The notes: a model not told the origin generated them from the sequence alone. DNA of 64,000 nucleotides from an uncultured Verrucomicrobiae bacterium (GCA_963788655.1 CAWBHS010000060.1:288001-352000); one strand, 5' to 3'; shown: positions 50,001-61,384, numbered from the stretch's first letter. Program-made: numbers and translations.

Positions 50001-52961
50001 CGGGGACTGACCACCACCAACACTTGGGACGCCCTGGGCCGGCTGACCCAGGTGGATTACCCGGATGGCACGTCCACCAAGTATCGTTACGACAAGCTTG
50101 ATCTGGCCGAACTCATTGACCGGCTGGGCCATACCAACAGCTTCACCTACAACGCCGTCCGTCAGAAGACTTCCGCCACCGACGCCGAAGGACGCACCAC
50201 CACGTACATGTACTGCGACTGCGGCTCGCTGGAATACATCACCAACGCCCTCAACGAAGTGACCGCCTTCGCCTACGACTACCTGGGCCGGCGCACCATG
50301 ACCTTCCACCCCGGCGATTACAGCGTGACCAACACCTACGACCTGGCCGGCCAATTGACCGCTGTGTCCGACGCGCAGGGCGGCACCACCAATTATTACA
50401 ACCTCCAGGGCTTGCTGACGGTGGTCAGCAACGCCTACGGCCGCGTTCAGCAGATTCTTTACGACGAAGACAGCCGGGCCACCAACATCGTCGATGCCAA
50501 CGGTGTGGCCCTCCAGCAGACCTTCGACGCCCTGGGCCGGTTGCGCACCCGCACCTACCCGGACAGCGGGGTGGAGAGCTTTGGCTATTCGGAGCGCGGG
50601 TTGGTGGCCTACACCAACCAATTGAGCAAAGTGACGCGCTACGGCTACGACGAAGCCCAGCGCAAGACCGCCGAAACCAACGCAAACAACGAAGTACTTG
50701 AGTTCACCTACAACGCCGCGGGCGATTTGCTGACGCTCACCGACGGCAAGGACCAGGCGACCACCTGGGCCCACGACGCGTATGGCCGGGTGACCAACAA
50801 GGTTGATGCCCTGGACAACACCGTGCTGGCTTACAGTTACGATCCGGCCGGCCGGCTGACCAACCGCTGGAGCATTGCCAAAGGCCACACCTACTACGCC
50901 CACGACTGGGCGGGCAACCTGACCAACGTGGATTACGCCGCCAGCGCGGATCTCCGGCTGTCGTACGACGCCTTGAACCGCCTGCAAAATCTGGTGGACG
51001 GCGTGGGGACGACCAGCTACACTTATACGGATTTGGGGCAGTTGCTGACCGAGAACGGCCCCTGGGACGATGACACGGTGACTTACGCGTACACCAACCG
51101 AATGCGGCAAAGTCTGAGCCTGGCGCAGGCCGGCGCCAGCGCCTGGGAACAGACCTACGCCTACGACGCCATGCGGCGGCTGACCACCACCACCTCGCCC
51201 GCGGGAGCTTTCGGCTACGCCTACACGGGAGTATCGAGTGGCACTTGGCCGGCGACGCTGGTAAAGAAACTCACCCTGCCCACCGGCGGCTACATCACCA
51301 ACGCGTTTGACTCGGTGGGCCGCTGGAACAACACCCGGCTTGTCAGCTCGCAAGGCGCGAGGATCAGCAAGACGCGGTGCGAATACAATGGAAATCAAGT
51401 CAACGCGATTTACCGTGACGAAAACACCCCGGACGAAGGTTGGATCAATTACGAGTACGATAACATCGGCCAGTTGCGGAAGACAGAAGACGATGGCCTG
51501 GACCGCCTGCATGAGCAATTTGGTTACGCGTACGATGCCGCGCACAACCTGCAACACTGGACCAACAACGCCCTGGTGAGGACGTTCAACGTCAACGCCG
51601 TGAACGAAGTGACGAACGTCACCCGCACAGGAGGGATCACCGTGGCCGGGTTCACCACCAGCACGGCGACAAACATAATGGTCGCCGAGGAACCGGCGGT
51701 GATTTTCTCGGACAAAACGTACTTGCGGACCAACGTTGGCGTGGGAGATGGCTGGGGCACGGTGACAGCGATTGCCCAGTCCGCCACGGGCCAGACCGCG
51801 AGCAATTCGATCACCGTCTATTTGCCCTTTTCGGTGGCCTTCGGCTACGACCTGAACGGGAACCTGCTCTCCGACGGGTATCGGGCGTTCGACTACGACG
51901 ACGAAAACCAACTGGTTCAGGTGCTGGTCACCAACGCCTGGAAGAGCGAGTTTGCCTACGACGGCAAGCTGCGGCGGCGGGTGCGCAAGGAATACGCCTG
52001 GCAAGGCGGCGGGTGGGTGCAGACCAACGAAGTGCATTACGTGTACGACGGCAACCTGGTCATCCAGGAACGGGACGGCAACAACGCGCCCGTGACCACC
52101 TACACGCGCGGCCTGGACTTGAGCGGTTCGCTGCAAGGGGCCGGCGGCATCGGCGGGCTGTTGGCGATGACGCATCCGCTGCCCGGCCTACCTCCGAACT
52201 ATTATTACCGGGCCGACCTCAATGGGAACATCGTGACGATGGTCAACACCAACGAGTTAATCGTGGCCAAGTACCTCTACGAGCCGTTCGGGAAAGTGAT
52301 CGCAATGAACGGCGCCATGGCGGGGCTGAACCGGTATCGCTTCTCCAGCAAGGAGGCGCACGAACCGTCGGGGCTGGTGTATTACGGCTATCGGTATTAC
52401 GAGCCGTGGTTGCAACGGTGGGTGAATCGGGATCCAGTTGAGGAGCAGGGTAACCTGTTCGAATTTGTACGCAACGATCCATGTGATCTACTCGATTCCA
52501 TGGGCTTAACGGTTTGGATTTGCGCCAGAAAATCGGAAAAACCGTCGTCGTTTCCTTTGGGAAACCACGTTTACTTCTACAACGATATGGCTTCGGCGGA
52601 GGAAAACAGGTCCTGCGGTATGAGCGCATCCTTGGGTAAGGGAAAACCTGGAAGCTCTTCAGATACGGGTCCACACACATTCGGGCAGGACTGCAAGCCT
52701 GTCACCGACGATACGGAACTCGGAGAGTCCATCATGCAATGCTGTTTTGAAACTGCCAATAAGGGCGTGTGGTTTCCGTTCGTGAACGACTGCCACAACA
52801 AGGTAAATAATTGTCTTAAGCACTTTCATATTAAGCCACCTCGCCATCCGCGCTTTGGCCCGCCCGTAATTATTGAGCACCCTCCTTATCACCCGCCAGT
52901 CAGGCCGCCTAGATGGCCGTATGGATTCACCACTACGACATACCATCCGATGCAATGGTGA
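47100..52961 (+). CDS. Rhs/YD-repeat polymorphic toxin with signal peptide, TPR-like region and C39 peptidase-like domain, frameshift near 49510
   Basis: RBS AGAAGGAG. KCGVDA..HWKLNHYSAI..VVDP, many YD repeats, core YYGYRYYEPWLQRWVNRDP, DSMGL junction, ~150-aa Cys-rich tip. Confidence 0.88.
50836..52421 (+). repeat. Rhs core segment duplicated at 53879-55464
   Basis: ~1.59 kb direct repeat at constant offset 3043, ending at ...TTGCAACGGTGG. Confidence 0.95.
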
Positions 52962-53015
52962 CCGAGGGCAACTAACTCTTACCGAAAAAACGAGCTTAAA
53001 CTAACTATAGCAACT

Positions 53016-53876
53016 ATGCATGTACCTGGCACTGCATCACAAACAGGGGTTCGCCGCTTTGTTGTCTTGATTGCTGCTGCAATGTTCTTTGCTTCTGAAC
53101 CTCACGCCTATTGCAGCGACTTTTTCTACCTTGATTCAAAGAGGATAGATAAGCTTTTATCGGCGGCTGGCCTACCACACTATCACCCTGGTGTATCGCG
53201 GAACCAAACAGGAAATGAGCTTTTCCTAACCGAAATTACCAATAGAGGTACGCTCGCCATAATAGTGTCGGCACAAGGAATACGAAAGCAAGTACTGCCG
53301 GAGGTGGCTGCAGCGGTTGCGGACGATGGCCGGCCGATCTGCTCCATCATGGATCACACTCTAGTTTTTGCTACGGGTGAGAAAGTCCCTCTCTTGGCTG
53401 GAAGCCGCTGGGGATTTTCCCACGACCGGAAGTTCTTCTTCTACTTGCGAGAACTCCCCGCTGCCGGTAGCGTGTTTCAGACTGTTGATCCTTTGAAGCC
53501 GTTTGTTAAATTGCCGGTAGACTTTCTGCCGCAGAGGATTTTCACCCGCACTAATGAGATTCTCGTATTTGGTCGGAAATACGATGGTGGCCGCGCGCCA
53601 GGCGCTCTTACAGGGCTTGTTTTTGTGACGGGCCAAACAGTTCCTAAGTTGGCGAAGGAAATCGAGCTTTCTCGTTTTGGCGGAGTGTCGGACATGGACA
53701 GTGAGACTGGTCTGCTCTTGGTGGAGGGCAAGCGCGAGATGTTTAATACATGGGGAATTTTCGACCCGCACACGGGTAAGTATAAGCCGCTTGGCGTAAA
53801 GAAGGGTTACGGTTTCTTTTTGGAACCTGGATTTCGAAAGGATTTGGAAAAGCTGTGTGAGCCGAGCACTCAGTAA
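53016..53876 (+). CDS. Putative immunity protein for the first Rhs toxin
   Basis: Directly downstream of the toxin tip, lower GC, N-terminal signal-like segment. Confidence 0.65.
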   Translation: MHVPGTASQTGVRRFVVLIAAAMFFASEPHAYCSDFFYLDSKRIDKLLSAAGLPHYHPGVSRNQTGNELFLTEITNRGTLAIIVSAQGIRKQVLPEVAAAVADDGRPICSIMDHTLVFATGEKVPLLAGSRWGFSHDRKFFFYLRELPAAGSVFQTVDPLKPFVKLPVDFLPQRIFTRTNEILVFGRKYDGGRAPGALTGLVFVTGQTVPKLAKEIELSRFGGVSDMDSETGLLLVEGKREMFNTWGIFDPHTGKYKPLGVKKGYGFFLEPGFRKDLEKLCEPSTQ

Positions 53877-53878
53877 AC

Positions 53879-55923
53879 GTTACGACGCGGCCGGCCGGTT
53901 GACTAACCGCTGGAGCATTGCCAAAGGCCACACCTATTACGCCTACGACTGGGCGGGCAACCTGACCAACGTGGATTACGCCGCGAGCACCGACCTCCGG
54001 CTGGCCTACGACGGCTTGAACCGCCTGACAAATCTGGTGGACGGCGTGGGGACGACCAGCTACACTTACACCGATTTGGGCCAGTTGCTGACCGAGAATG
54101 GCCCCTGGGACGATGACACGGTGACTTACGCGTACACCAACCGTTTGCGCACGAGCCTGAGCCTGGCGCAGCCCGGCGCCAGCGCCTGGGAACAGACCTA
54201 CGCCTACGACGCCATGCGGCGGCTGACCACCACCACCTCGCCCGCGGGAGCTTTCGGCTACGCCTACACGGGAGTATCGAGTGGCACTTGGCCGGCGACG
54301 CTGGTAAAGAAACTCACCCTGCCCACCGGCGGCTACATCACCAACGCGTTTGACTCGGTGGGCCGCTGGAACAACACCCGGCTTGTCAGCTCGCAAGGCG
54401 CGACGATCAGCAAGACGCGGTGCGAATACAATGGAAATCAAGTCAACGCGATTTACCGTGACGAAAACACCCCGGACGAAGGTTGGATCAATTACGAGTA
54501 CGATAACATCGGCCAGTTGCGGAAGACAGCGGACGATGGCCTGGACCGCCTGCATGAGCAATTTGGTTACGCGTACGATGCCGCGCACAACCTGCAACAC
54601 TGGACCAACAACGCCCTGGTGAGGACGTTCAACGTCAACGCCGTGAACGAAGTGACCAACGTCACCCGCACAGGAGGGATAATCGTGGCCGGGTTCACCA
54701 CCAGCACGGCGACAAACATAATGGTCGCCGAGGAACCGGCGGTGATTTTCTCGGACAAAACGTACTTGCGGACCAACGTTGGCGTGGGAGATGGCTGGGG
54801 CACGGTGACAGCGATTGCCCAGTCCGCCACGGGCCAGACCGCGAGCAATTCGATCACCGTCTATCTGCCCTATTCGGTGAGCTTTAGCTACGATCTGAAC
54901 GGGAACCTGCTCTCCGACGGGTATCGGGCGTTCGCTTACGACGACGAAAACCAACTGATCGAGGTGCTGGTGACCAACGCCTGGAAAAGCGAGTTTGCCT
55001 ACGACGGCAAGCTACGCCGGCGGGTGCGGAAGGAGTATGCCTGGCAAAAAGGCGCGTGGGTGCAGACCAACGAAGTGCGCTACGTGTACGACGGCAACCT
55101 GGTCATCCAGGAACGGGACGGCAACAACGCGCCCGTGACGACCTACACGCGCGGTCTGGACCTGAGCGGCACGCTGCAAGGGGCCGGCGGCATCGGCGGC
55201 CTCTTGGCGATGACGCATCCGCTGCCGGGTCTGCCGCCGAACTATTACTACCGGGCGGACCTCAACGGGAACATCGTGACGATGATCAACACCAACGAGT
55301 TGATCGTGGCCAAGTACCTCTACGAGCCGTTCGGAAAAGTGATCGCGATGAACGGACCCATGGCGAGCGTGAACCGGTACCGTTTCTCCAGCAAGGAAGC
55401 GCACGAGCCGTCGGGATTGGTGTATTACGGCTACCGGTATTACGAGCCGTGGTTGCAACGGTGGCCAAACAGAGACCCCATCAACGAACCGGGGTTCAAA
55501 CTGCTCACTCGTAGCGGTGGAACAATCAACTGGGATGAGGAGAGGAATCTTTACGCCTTTCTTCGGAACAATTCCGTAAACAACGTTGATCCCTTGGGGC
55601 AATCTGTTCTCGCACCAGTGGCAGGTTGGATTGGGACTGACTGTGCAGTTCCTGATCCAACCGATGCTGCGTGGCCGAAGTGGGCCGTGTATGGCATCGC
55701 CATCTGTGCCGCAGCCGCAATCGACGCTTGTTTCACAACGCGCACCTATACCTGTCGGGTTTTTTGCCCCTTATTGCGACAGGTGGAAACAACAACGCTG
55801 AAGTGGGAACAGTGCAGGCCACCGGAACAGGAAAACCTATGCTGAAGCTTGTCGAAACGCTGAAAGGGCTGCGCGGAACGCAGCTCCTCAGGAACACGAA
55901 CGAAGCATTGTCAATGGAGGTAA
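53879..55923 (+). pseudogene. Orphan Rhs core with an alternative C-terminal toxin
   Basis: Starts mid-YD repeat with no own N-terminus. DPLGQ junction and a different tip, which spans shifted frames to a TAA near 55923. Confidence 0.8.
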
Positions 55924-55926
55924 TAG

Positions 55927-56300
55927 ATGTCTAATGCATCCGTCGGCAGCAGCTTTGTTCGCACGAGAATATCGCGTGTGTGAAACTGTGTTTCTTGCAC
56001 CGCTAAGAGTTGGGGAGTCGCACGCCCATTTTGAATTGAAGATTGAGGTCTATCGAGACGGTTTCCGGGTTGTTCTCGGCAGCAGTGTTCGCTCTGGAGT
56101 TTTTCAATTTAGAGAATACGCCAGTGCCGCCCGTCAGCAACCAAGCCTCGATCAAGGGCGTTGTTCCGCTCTATGTCCTCGATGAGTTCTATGACACAAC
56201 GACGATCAGTGCTCGCTCGCAAGCGGAAGCATTACAAGCAGCCTTCCAGGTCATTCACGAAAAATTAACCCAGGCTGGCTGCGAGATTGAAGTGCTCTAG
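55927..56300 (+). CDS. Putative immunity protein for the orphan toxin (frameshifted)
   Basis: GGAGG RBS before ATG 55927. Coding sense continues through ORFs 55934..56185 and 56043..56300. Confidence 0.5.
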
Positions 56301-56872
56301 CCGCAGGGGCTTTGCCAATTCTGTTACAAAACCGATAAGTGAGCGGGCTGTCCCGCACAAACGGTGAGAAGGAATCTAGCGCGCCTCAGGCCGGCGCGAT
56401 AGAAGGTCGGCCACCCGCGCCTGCCGCACAGCCCTCGCGCTCCCTCCTGCCGCTGCGGGTGCGGCATCCGGGCCACACCCTGCGCCCCCTTGCCCCCGCA
56501 GCGTGTGTCCCGGCTGCCGCTCCGCTACGTCGGTCGGCCAGGGCTGCTAGCGGCCCGCCGCCCCGAAAGACACCCCCGGCGGGCGCTCCGTGTCACGCTG
56601 GCTGCTAAAGGCAAAGGCAGCCTTCGCGCCACTCCGCGCAGGTGGCTGCACCAACGGCGGGCCAACCGGAATAGTGGCGCTCGCCGACTCGCGCCAGAGC
56701 TTCGCCAGTTCGGGCGTCGCGGTTGCAATCGTGGCGTCCTGGGTGTTCTGCGCGTTCCGGCCCTGCGTTCGCGAGTGAGCGCTCGCAACAGAATCGAATG
56801 CGCTGTCGATAAAGTGACAGGTTCAAAGTTGTTGACATGTTTTGCACCCTGATGCCAACCTCCCGCCACTCT

Positions 56873-57841
56873 ATGAGAATGGCACGGATCAAGATTCAAG
56901 GGCGCAGTGCGGTGTATCACTGCATGTCGCGGATTGTCGGGGGACAGGCTTTGTTGGATGACGTGGGGAAGGAGAAGTTGGTGGCCATCCTCGGGCAATT
57001 GGCTGCGTTTTGCGGCCTTGAAGTCATCACCTACTGCATGATGTCCAATCACTTTCATGTTCTCGTTCGCGTTCCGGAACAACAGAATCCCTCCGACCAG
57101 CAACTGATCGAGCGCATGGAAGCCTTGTACAGCAAGAAAAGCGCCCTGGTGCAATTAGCCCGCAACACTTTGGTGCAGCACGGCCGGATCGATCACGATA
57201 TTCGGCAATCCATGGTGGAGCGAATGGGGGATGTTTCCGCGTTCATGAAGGAACTCAAGCAGCGGTTCAGCCGTTGGTACAACCGACAATCGGGGCGCTT
57301 TGGCACGCTCTGGGCCGAGCGGTTCAAGAGTGTATTGGTGGAGGATCAACCGGGAGCGGTTGAAACCCTCGCCGCGTACATTGATCTGAATCCAGTGCGC
57401 GCCGGTTTGGTGGACGATCCCAAAGAGTATCGTTTCTGTGGCTACGCTGCGGCGTTGGCCGGCAACAAAGCGGCCCGAGCGGGATTGCTAAGCTTCCAAA
57501 AGAGCATCGACTGGAAGACCGGCGCTGCTGAATATCGAAAACGCTTGTTCGTGGGAGCGGGAGTCGCCGGAAGAAGCGATAAATTGGTTCTGGATCGCGA
57601 GCAGATCAAACGCGTGTTGTCTCAAGGCGGTGAGCTGAGCCAGGCACAAATCCTGCGTTTGCGCCTCCGACATTTAACCGATGGAATTGTGCTGGGTTCG
57701 AAGGCCTTCGTGAACGAAATCTTTGCGTTGCACCGCGACAAATTCGGCGCCAAGCGACAATCGGGAGCCCGGCCGATTCGCGGCGTGCCGTTGCGGGAGC
57801 TGAGCGTTTTGCGGGATTTGCGCGTCTCCGCCGTTAGCTAA
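56873..57841 (+). mobile_element. REP-associated tyrosine transposase (RAYT, HUH/Y1)
   Basis: YHCMSR, YCMMSNHFHVLV (HUH), GTLWAERFKS, YIDLNPVRAGLV. Confidence 0.9.
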
Positions 57842-57889
57842 GAGTTTACTGGGACCTTCCGTTTGAATCTTCGTTGCCTTTTTGAACCA

Positions 57890-59867
57890 GTAGAGTAGAG
57901 AGGAAAGCACGGAATGAAAGGCCCGAAAACCAATGACCGCCGCTTCCCTCTCCCTCGTCGAACCGGACATGGAGATTTCCCCCATCCGGCTCTCGCCAGT
58001 GTCGGCTCTTCCACAAAGCATTCACAACGCAACCAGTCCCAGATGGTCCAAGTGAGCATACAGGCTGACGCCCTCACGGGCTCGCCAACCCCGTTGGCTG
58101 CGACGTTGCAGATGCCGTCCCAACCGATACCGCACGAAGTGATTGAGCTGACGAAATGCCTTCCGCGGATAGCCCAACTTGAAGTAGTTGGACCAACCCC
58201 GCAGGTGACGGTTCACCCGTCCAATCAACTCCGGCATGGGCGTATGACTCTGATGCGGGTTGATCAACCCTCGCAACGCTTTCCGTTCCCGATCCATCGT
58301 TTTGCGCGACGGTTCCAGGTTCCAGTAACGCTGCGGCCGACCGTATTGATCGCGGTCATACCGAAAGGTGTAGCCCAGGAAATCCAGGCTCTGGCCCGAT
58401 TGCTTCAAATCCACGATCCGAGTTTTATCCCGGTTGATTTGCAGGTCCAGCCAGCCTTCCAGTTTGCCCTCGATCCATTCCCGCAACTTCGGACTGATGT
58501 AGCGAGCCATGACCACGAAGTCGTCCGCGTAACGGATCAGCTTCGCTTTGGCCCATTGCGCCGGTCCATCTCCTCGTTGGAAGAGGTGGTCGAACCAGTG
58601 CAAATAGACATTGGCCAGCAAAGGCGAAAGCACTCCACCTTGGGGGGTGCCCCGGTCGTTGCGTCGCACCGTGGGTGGTTGTCCCCCTGGGGGCGGTTCC
58701 ACCACCGGCGCCTTGAGCCATTGTCGGATCAGTCCCAGGACCGAACCGTCCACCACGCGCATCCGCACGCAAGCGATCAGCTTATCGTGGGGAATGCTGT
58801 CGAAGTAGCCAGCCAAATCCGCATCATACACCGCCGTTTGACCCTCCTTCAGGTGCTGTTGGATGGCGCGCAAGGCATCGTGCGCCGATCGTCCGGGCCG
58901 AAACCCGTGGGAGCAGTCTTCAAAGTCGGCTTCGAAGATCGGCTCCAGGATCAGCAACACCGCCGCTTGCACCACCCGGTCCCGCACCGTCGGAATGCCC
59001 AACGGCCGCAACTTGCCGTTGGCCTTCGAGATATACACCCGCCGCACCGCTTGGGCACGATAGGTTTTGTCCCTCAGGCTCCGTTCGATCTCGGACAGAA
59101 ATGCCGCTTCGCTTTCCGGCGTCGTGGTGATCTGTTCGATGCTCACTCCGTCCACGCCCGGCGCACCGTCGTTGCGCCGCACCGCGGCCCAAGCCGCTTG
59201 CAGCACGTCGGTTCGATACACCAAAGCGTAGAGACTGTAGAAGCGAAACCGCTTCTGTTGTTTGGCTTTCTGGCCCAGCTTCTGTCTCAGTTCCCGCAGG
59301 CTCGGCGGCAGGATCGCTTCCCGGAAGGAAAGTTCCTCCACCGCTTCTTCTGTTGTAGGAATGAACTCCATCCCAATCAGCTCCGGATTCCTCTGACTCG
59401 GCTTGACTCTGGCCAGGGCTCCTTGGCTCCCTGCCAACTTGATCGGCAGATCGACGCTACTATGAGCCCATCCGACGCCGCGATTCGGCCCCACCAGCGG
59501 TTATGGCTTCCCGCCAGGGGTTGTCCTGCGTTACAGGCCAGGACTCCGAACCGGGCCTCCCAAGTTCCCAGTGGTTCTTTCTGCGCGCGCTGTCTCCTCT
59601 CACCCCGGGGAGTCCGGTCGGTGCATGGGATCGAATCTTCCCGACCGATGCGGGCTTCACCACATCCGGCAGGCTGGCCACTCCCAGTTTTGTGTAACGA
59701 GGCCGAACCGAGTTCGCGGAACGCTACGGCTCGCGCATTGGCCTTCCCCAGCTTCAACGGGCAGGATCGCTCCCACCCGCTTAAGGGTCGGCTACATGAC
59801 TCTCGACCATTTATCATGGTTAACACGTTGCAGTTAACAAGAACCACCAAGCTTGCTTGGCGCTTTC
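57890..59867 (-). mobile_element. Group II intron (ribozyme plus RT ORF)
   Basis: Domain V GAGAGCCGGATGGGGGAAATCTCCATGTCCGGTTCG and domain VI ending CTCTACTCTAC at 57890. 5' boundary inferred by rejoining the flanks. Confidence 0.9.
58022..59371 (-). CDS. ltrA: Group II intron reverse transcriptase/maturase without an endonuclease domain
   Basis: [53 protein letters not shown]. No HNH tail. Confidence 0.95.
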   Translation of the reverse strand: MEFIPTTEEAVEELSFREAILPPSLRELRQKLGQKAKQQKRFRFYSLYALVYRTDVLQAAWAAVRRNDGAPGVDGVSIEQITTTPESEAAFLSEIERSLRDKTYRAQAVRRVYISKANGKLRPLGIPTVRDRVVQAAVLLILEPIFEADFEDCSHGFRPGRSAHDALRAIQQHLKEGQTAVYDADLAGYFDSIPHDKLIACVRMRVVDGSVLGLIRQWLKAPVVEPPPGGQPPTVRRNDRGTPQGGVLSPLLANVYLHWFDHLFQRGDGPAQWAKAKLIRYADDFVVMARYISPKLREWIEGKLEGWLDLQINRDKTRIVDLKQSGQSLDFLGYTFRYDRDQYGRPQRYWNLEPSRKTMDRERKALRGLINPHQSHTPMPELIGRVNRHLRGWSNYFKLGYPRKAFRQLNHFVRYRLGRHLQRRSQRGWRAREGVSLYAHLDHLGLVAL

Positions 59868-60016
59868 CGAATTGACACTAATTAATGGGATTTCCCAACC
59901 GGTGTCAAAACGCTACTCGGTACCTTGAATTCGTGGTAATTCGTGTAATTAGTGTCTTCACCTTCGTGTCTCAACTCTGCCTTTGCTTCCTGGCGGGAGC
60001 CTGCTAGACATTTCCC

Positions 60017-61384
60017 ATGCAAGCCGTCCTTGATTACCTGAAACAAAACGAGGCCCGATTCGTCCAGGAACTTTGCGAGTATGTGCGGTTTCCCAGCGTG
60101 TCCGCGCAACCGCAGCATCAGAAAGACATGGCCGCCTGCGCCCGCTGGCTGGTACAGCACTGCACTCGGATAGGATTGAAAGCCCGCCTGCAGCCGACTG
60201 CGGGACATCCCATCGTGATTGCCAAAACGCCCCGCGCCCGTTCGGCATCGCGTCCGCATTTCCTCGTTTATGGGCATTACGACGTGCAACCGCCGGAGCC
60301 GTTTGAGTTGTGGAAGACTCCGCCATTCGAACCGACCGTGGTGGGCCGCTCGCTTTTCGGCCGTGGCGCCAGCGACAACAAAGGCCAGCACCTGGCCCAC
60401 TTGAACGCCGTCGAAGCGCATCTGCAAACTGGCACTGAGCTGCCCTGCGATCTGACGTTTGTCATCGAGGGCGAAGAAGAAGTCGGCAGCAGTCACCTGG
60501 CGGATTTCTTGCGCCACAATCGAAAGGAGCTGAGTTGCGAAGCCGTGATCATCTCCGACAACGGCATTCCCAGCCGGAAATATCCGGCGTTGACCTACGG
60601 GCTGCGTGGGATCGCTGCCCTGGAAATCGAACTGCGCGGTCCGTCGCGTGATCTGCACTCCGGTATTTTCGGCGGCACGGTGGACAATCCGGCGATGGCG
60701 TTGTGTCAATTGCTGGCCCAGTTGCGCGACCAGAACGGGCGCATAGCCGTCCCCGGCTTTTATGACGACGTCAATCCGCTGGTGGCTTACGAGCGCAAAC
60801 AGTTCGCCCGCCTGCCCCATAACGATGCGGCCTACCGCAAGTTCCTCGGCGTGCCGAAGTTGTTCGGCGAACGTGGCTACACCGCCATCGAGCAACGTTC
60901 GGCCCGACCCACCATTGAGATCAATGGTTTGACGAGCGGCTACCAGGGCGAGGGCAGCAAGACCATCGTGCCCGCGTGGGCCCGGGCCAAACTGACGTTC
61001 CGCCTTGTCCCGAACCAGAAGCCGGACAAAATCCTCCGGTTGGTGCGCCAGCACTTGAAGCGGATTTGTCCCCCAACGGTGCGGATGTCGCTGCAATCAG
61101 GCCACGGCGGCGATCCGTATTTGGTGTCACCGACCAGTCCACATTCGCAGGCGGCGCTGCGGGCGTTGAAGTTTGCTTTCGGCTGCGAGCCAGTGCTGAT
61201 GCGCGAAGGCGGTTCCATTCCCATCGTCAACGATTTCAAGCGCATCCTGGGCGCCGACACCTTGTTGCTCGGAATGGCCTTGCCCGATGACAATGCCCAC
61301 TCGCCCAATGAAAAATTCGACCTCGATTGCTTCGCGTGTGGGATGCGGTTGGGGGCATGTTTGTGGGAGGAAATGGGGCGGTGA
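60017..61384 (+). CDS. M20 family dipeptidase
   Basis: YGHYDVQPP, GRGASDNKGQ, EGEEE, DLHSG, GGSIP, HSPNEK. Confidence 0.93.
   Translation: MQAVLDYLKQNEARFVQELCEYVRFPSVSAQPQHQKDMAACARWLVQHCTRIGLKARLQPTAGHPIVIAKTPRARSASRPHFLVYGHYDVQPPEPFELWKTPPFEPTVVGRSLFGRGASDNKGQHLAHLNAVEAHLQTGTELPCDLTFVIEGEEEVGSSHLADFLRHNRKELSCEAVIISDNGIPSRKYPALTYGLRGIAALEIELRGPSRDLHSGIFGGTVDNPAMALCQLLAQLRDQNGRIAVPGFYDDVNPLVAYERKQFARLPHNDAAYRKFLGVPKLFGERGYTAIEQRSARPTIEINGLTSGYQGEGSKTIVPAWARAKLTFRLVPNQKPDKILRLVRQHLKRICPPTVRMSLQSGHGGDPYLVSPTSPHSQAALRALKFAFGCEPVLMREGGSIPIVNDFKRILGADTLLLGMALPDDNAHSPNEKFDLDCFACGMRLGACLWEEMGR

Noticed and set aside
49419..52175. 918-aa minus-strand ORF and other long antisense ORFs (480..2006, 45649..47034, 57914..59875, 59882..61096)
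   Set aside because: These are shadow frames of real genes in GC-rich DNA and carry no recognisable motifs.
50836..59371. Diversity-generating retroelement (RT near a long repeat pair)
   Set aside because: Differences between the repeats are not adenine-specific, the repeat is ~1.6 kb, and the RT lies inside a group II intron with domains V and VI.
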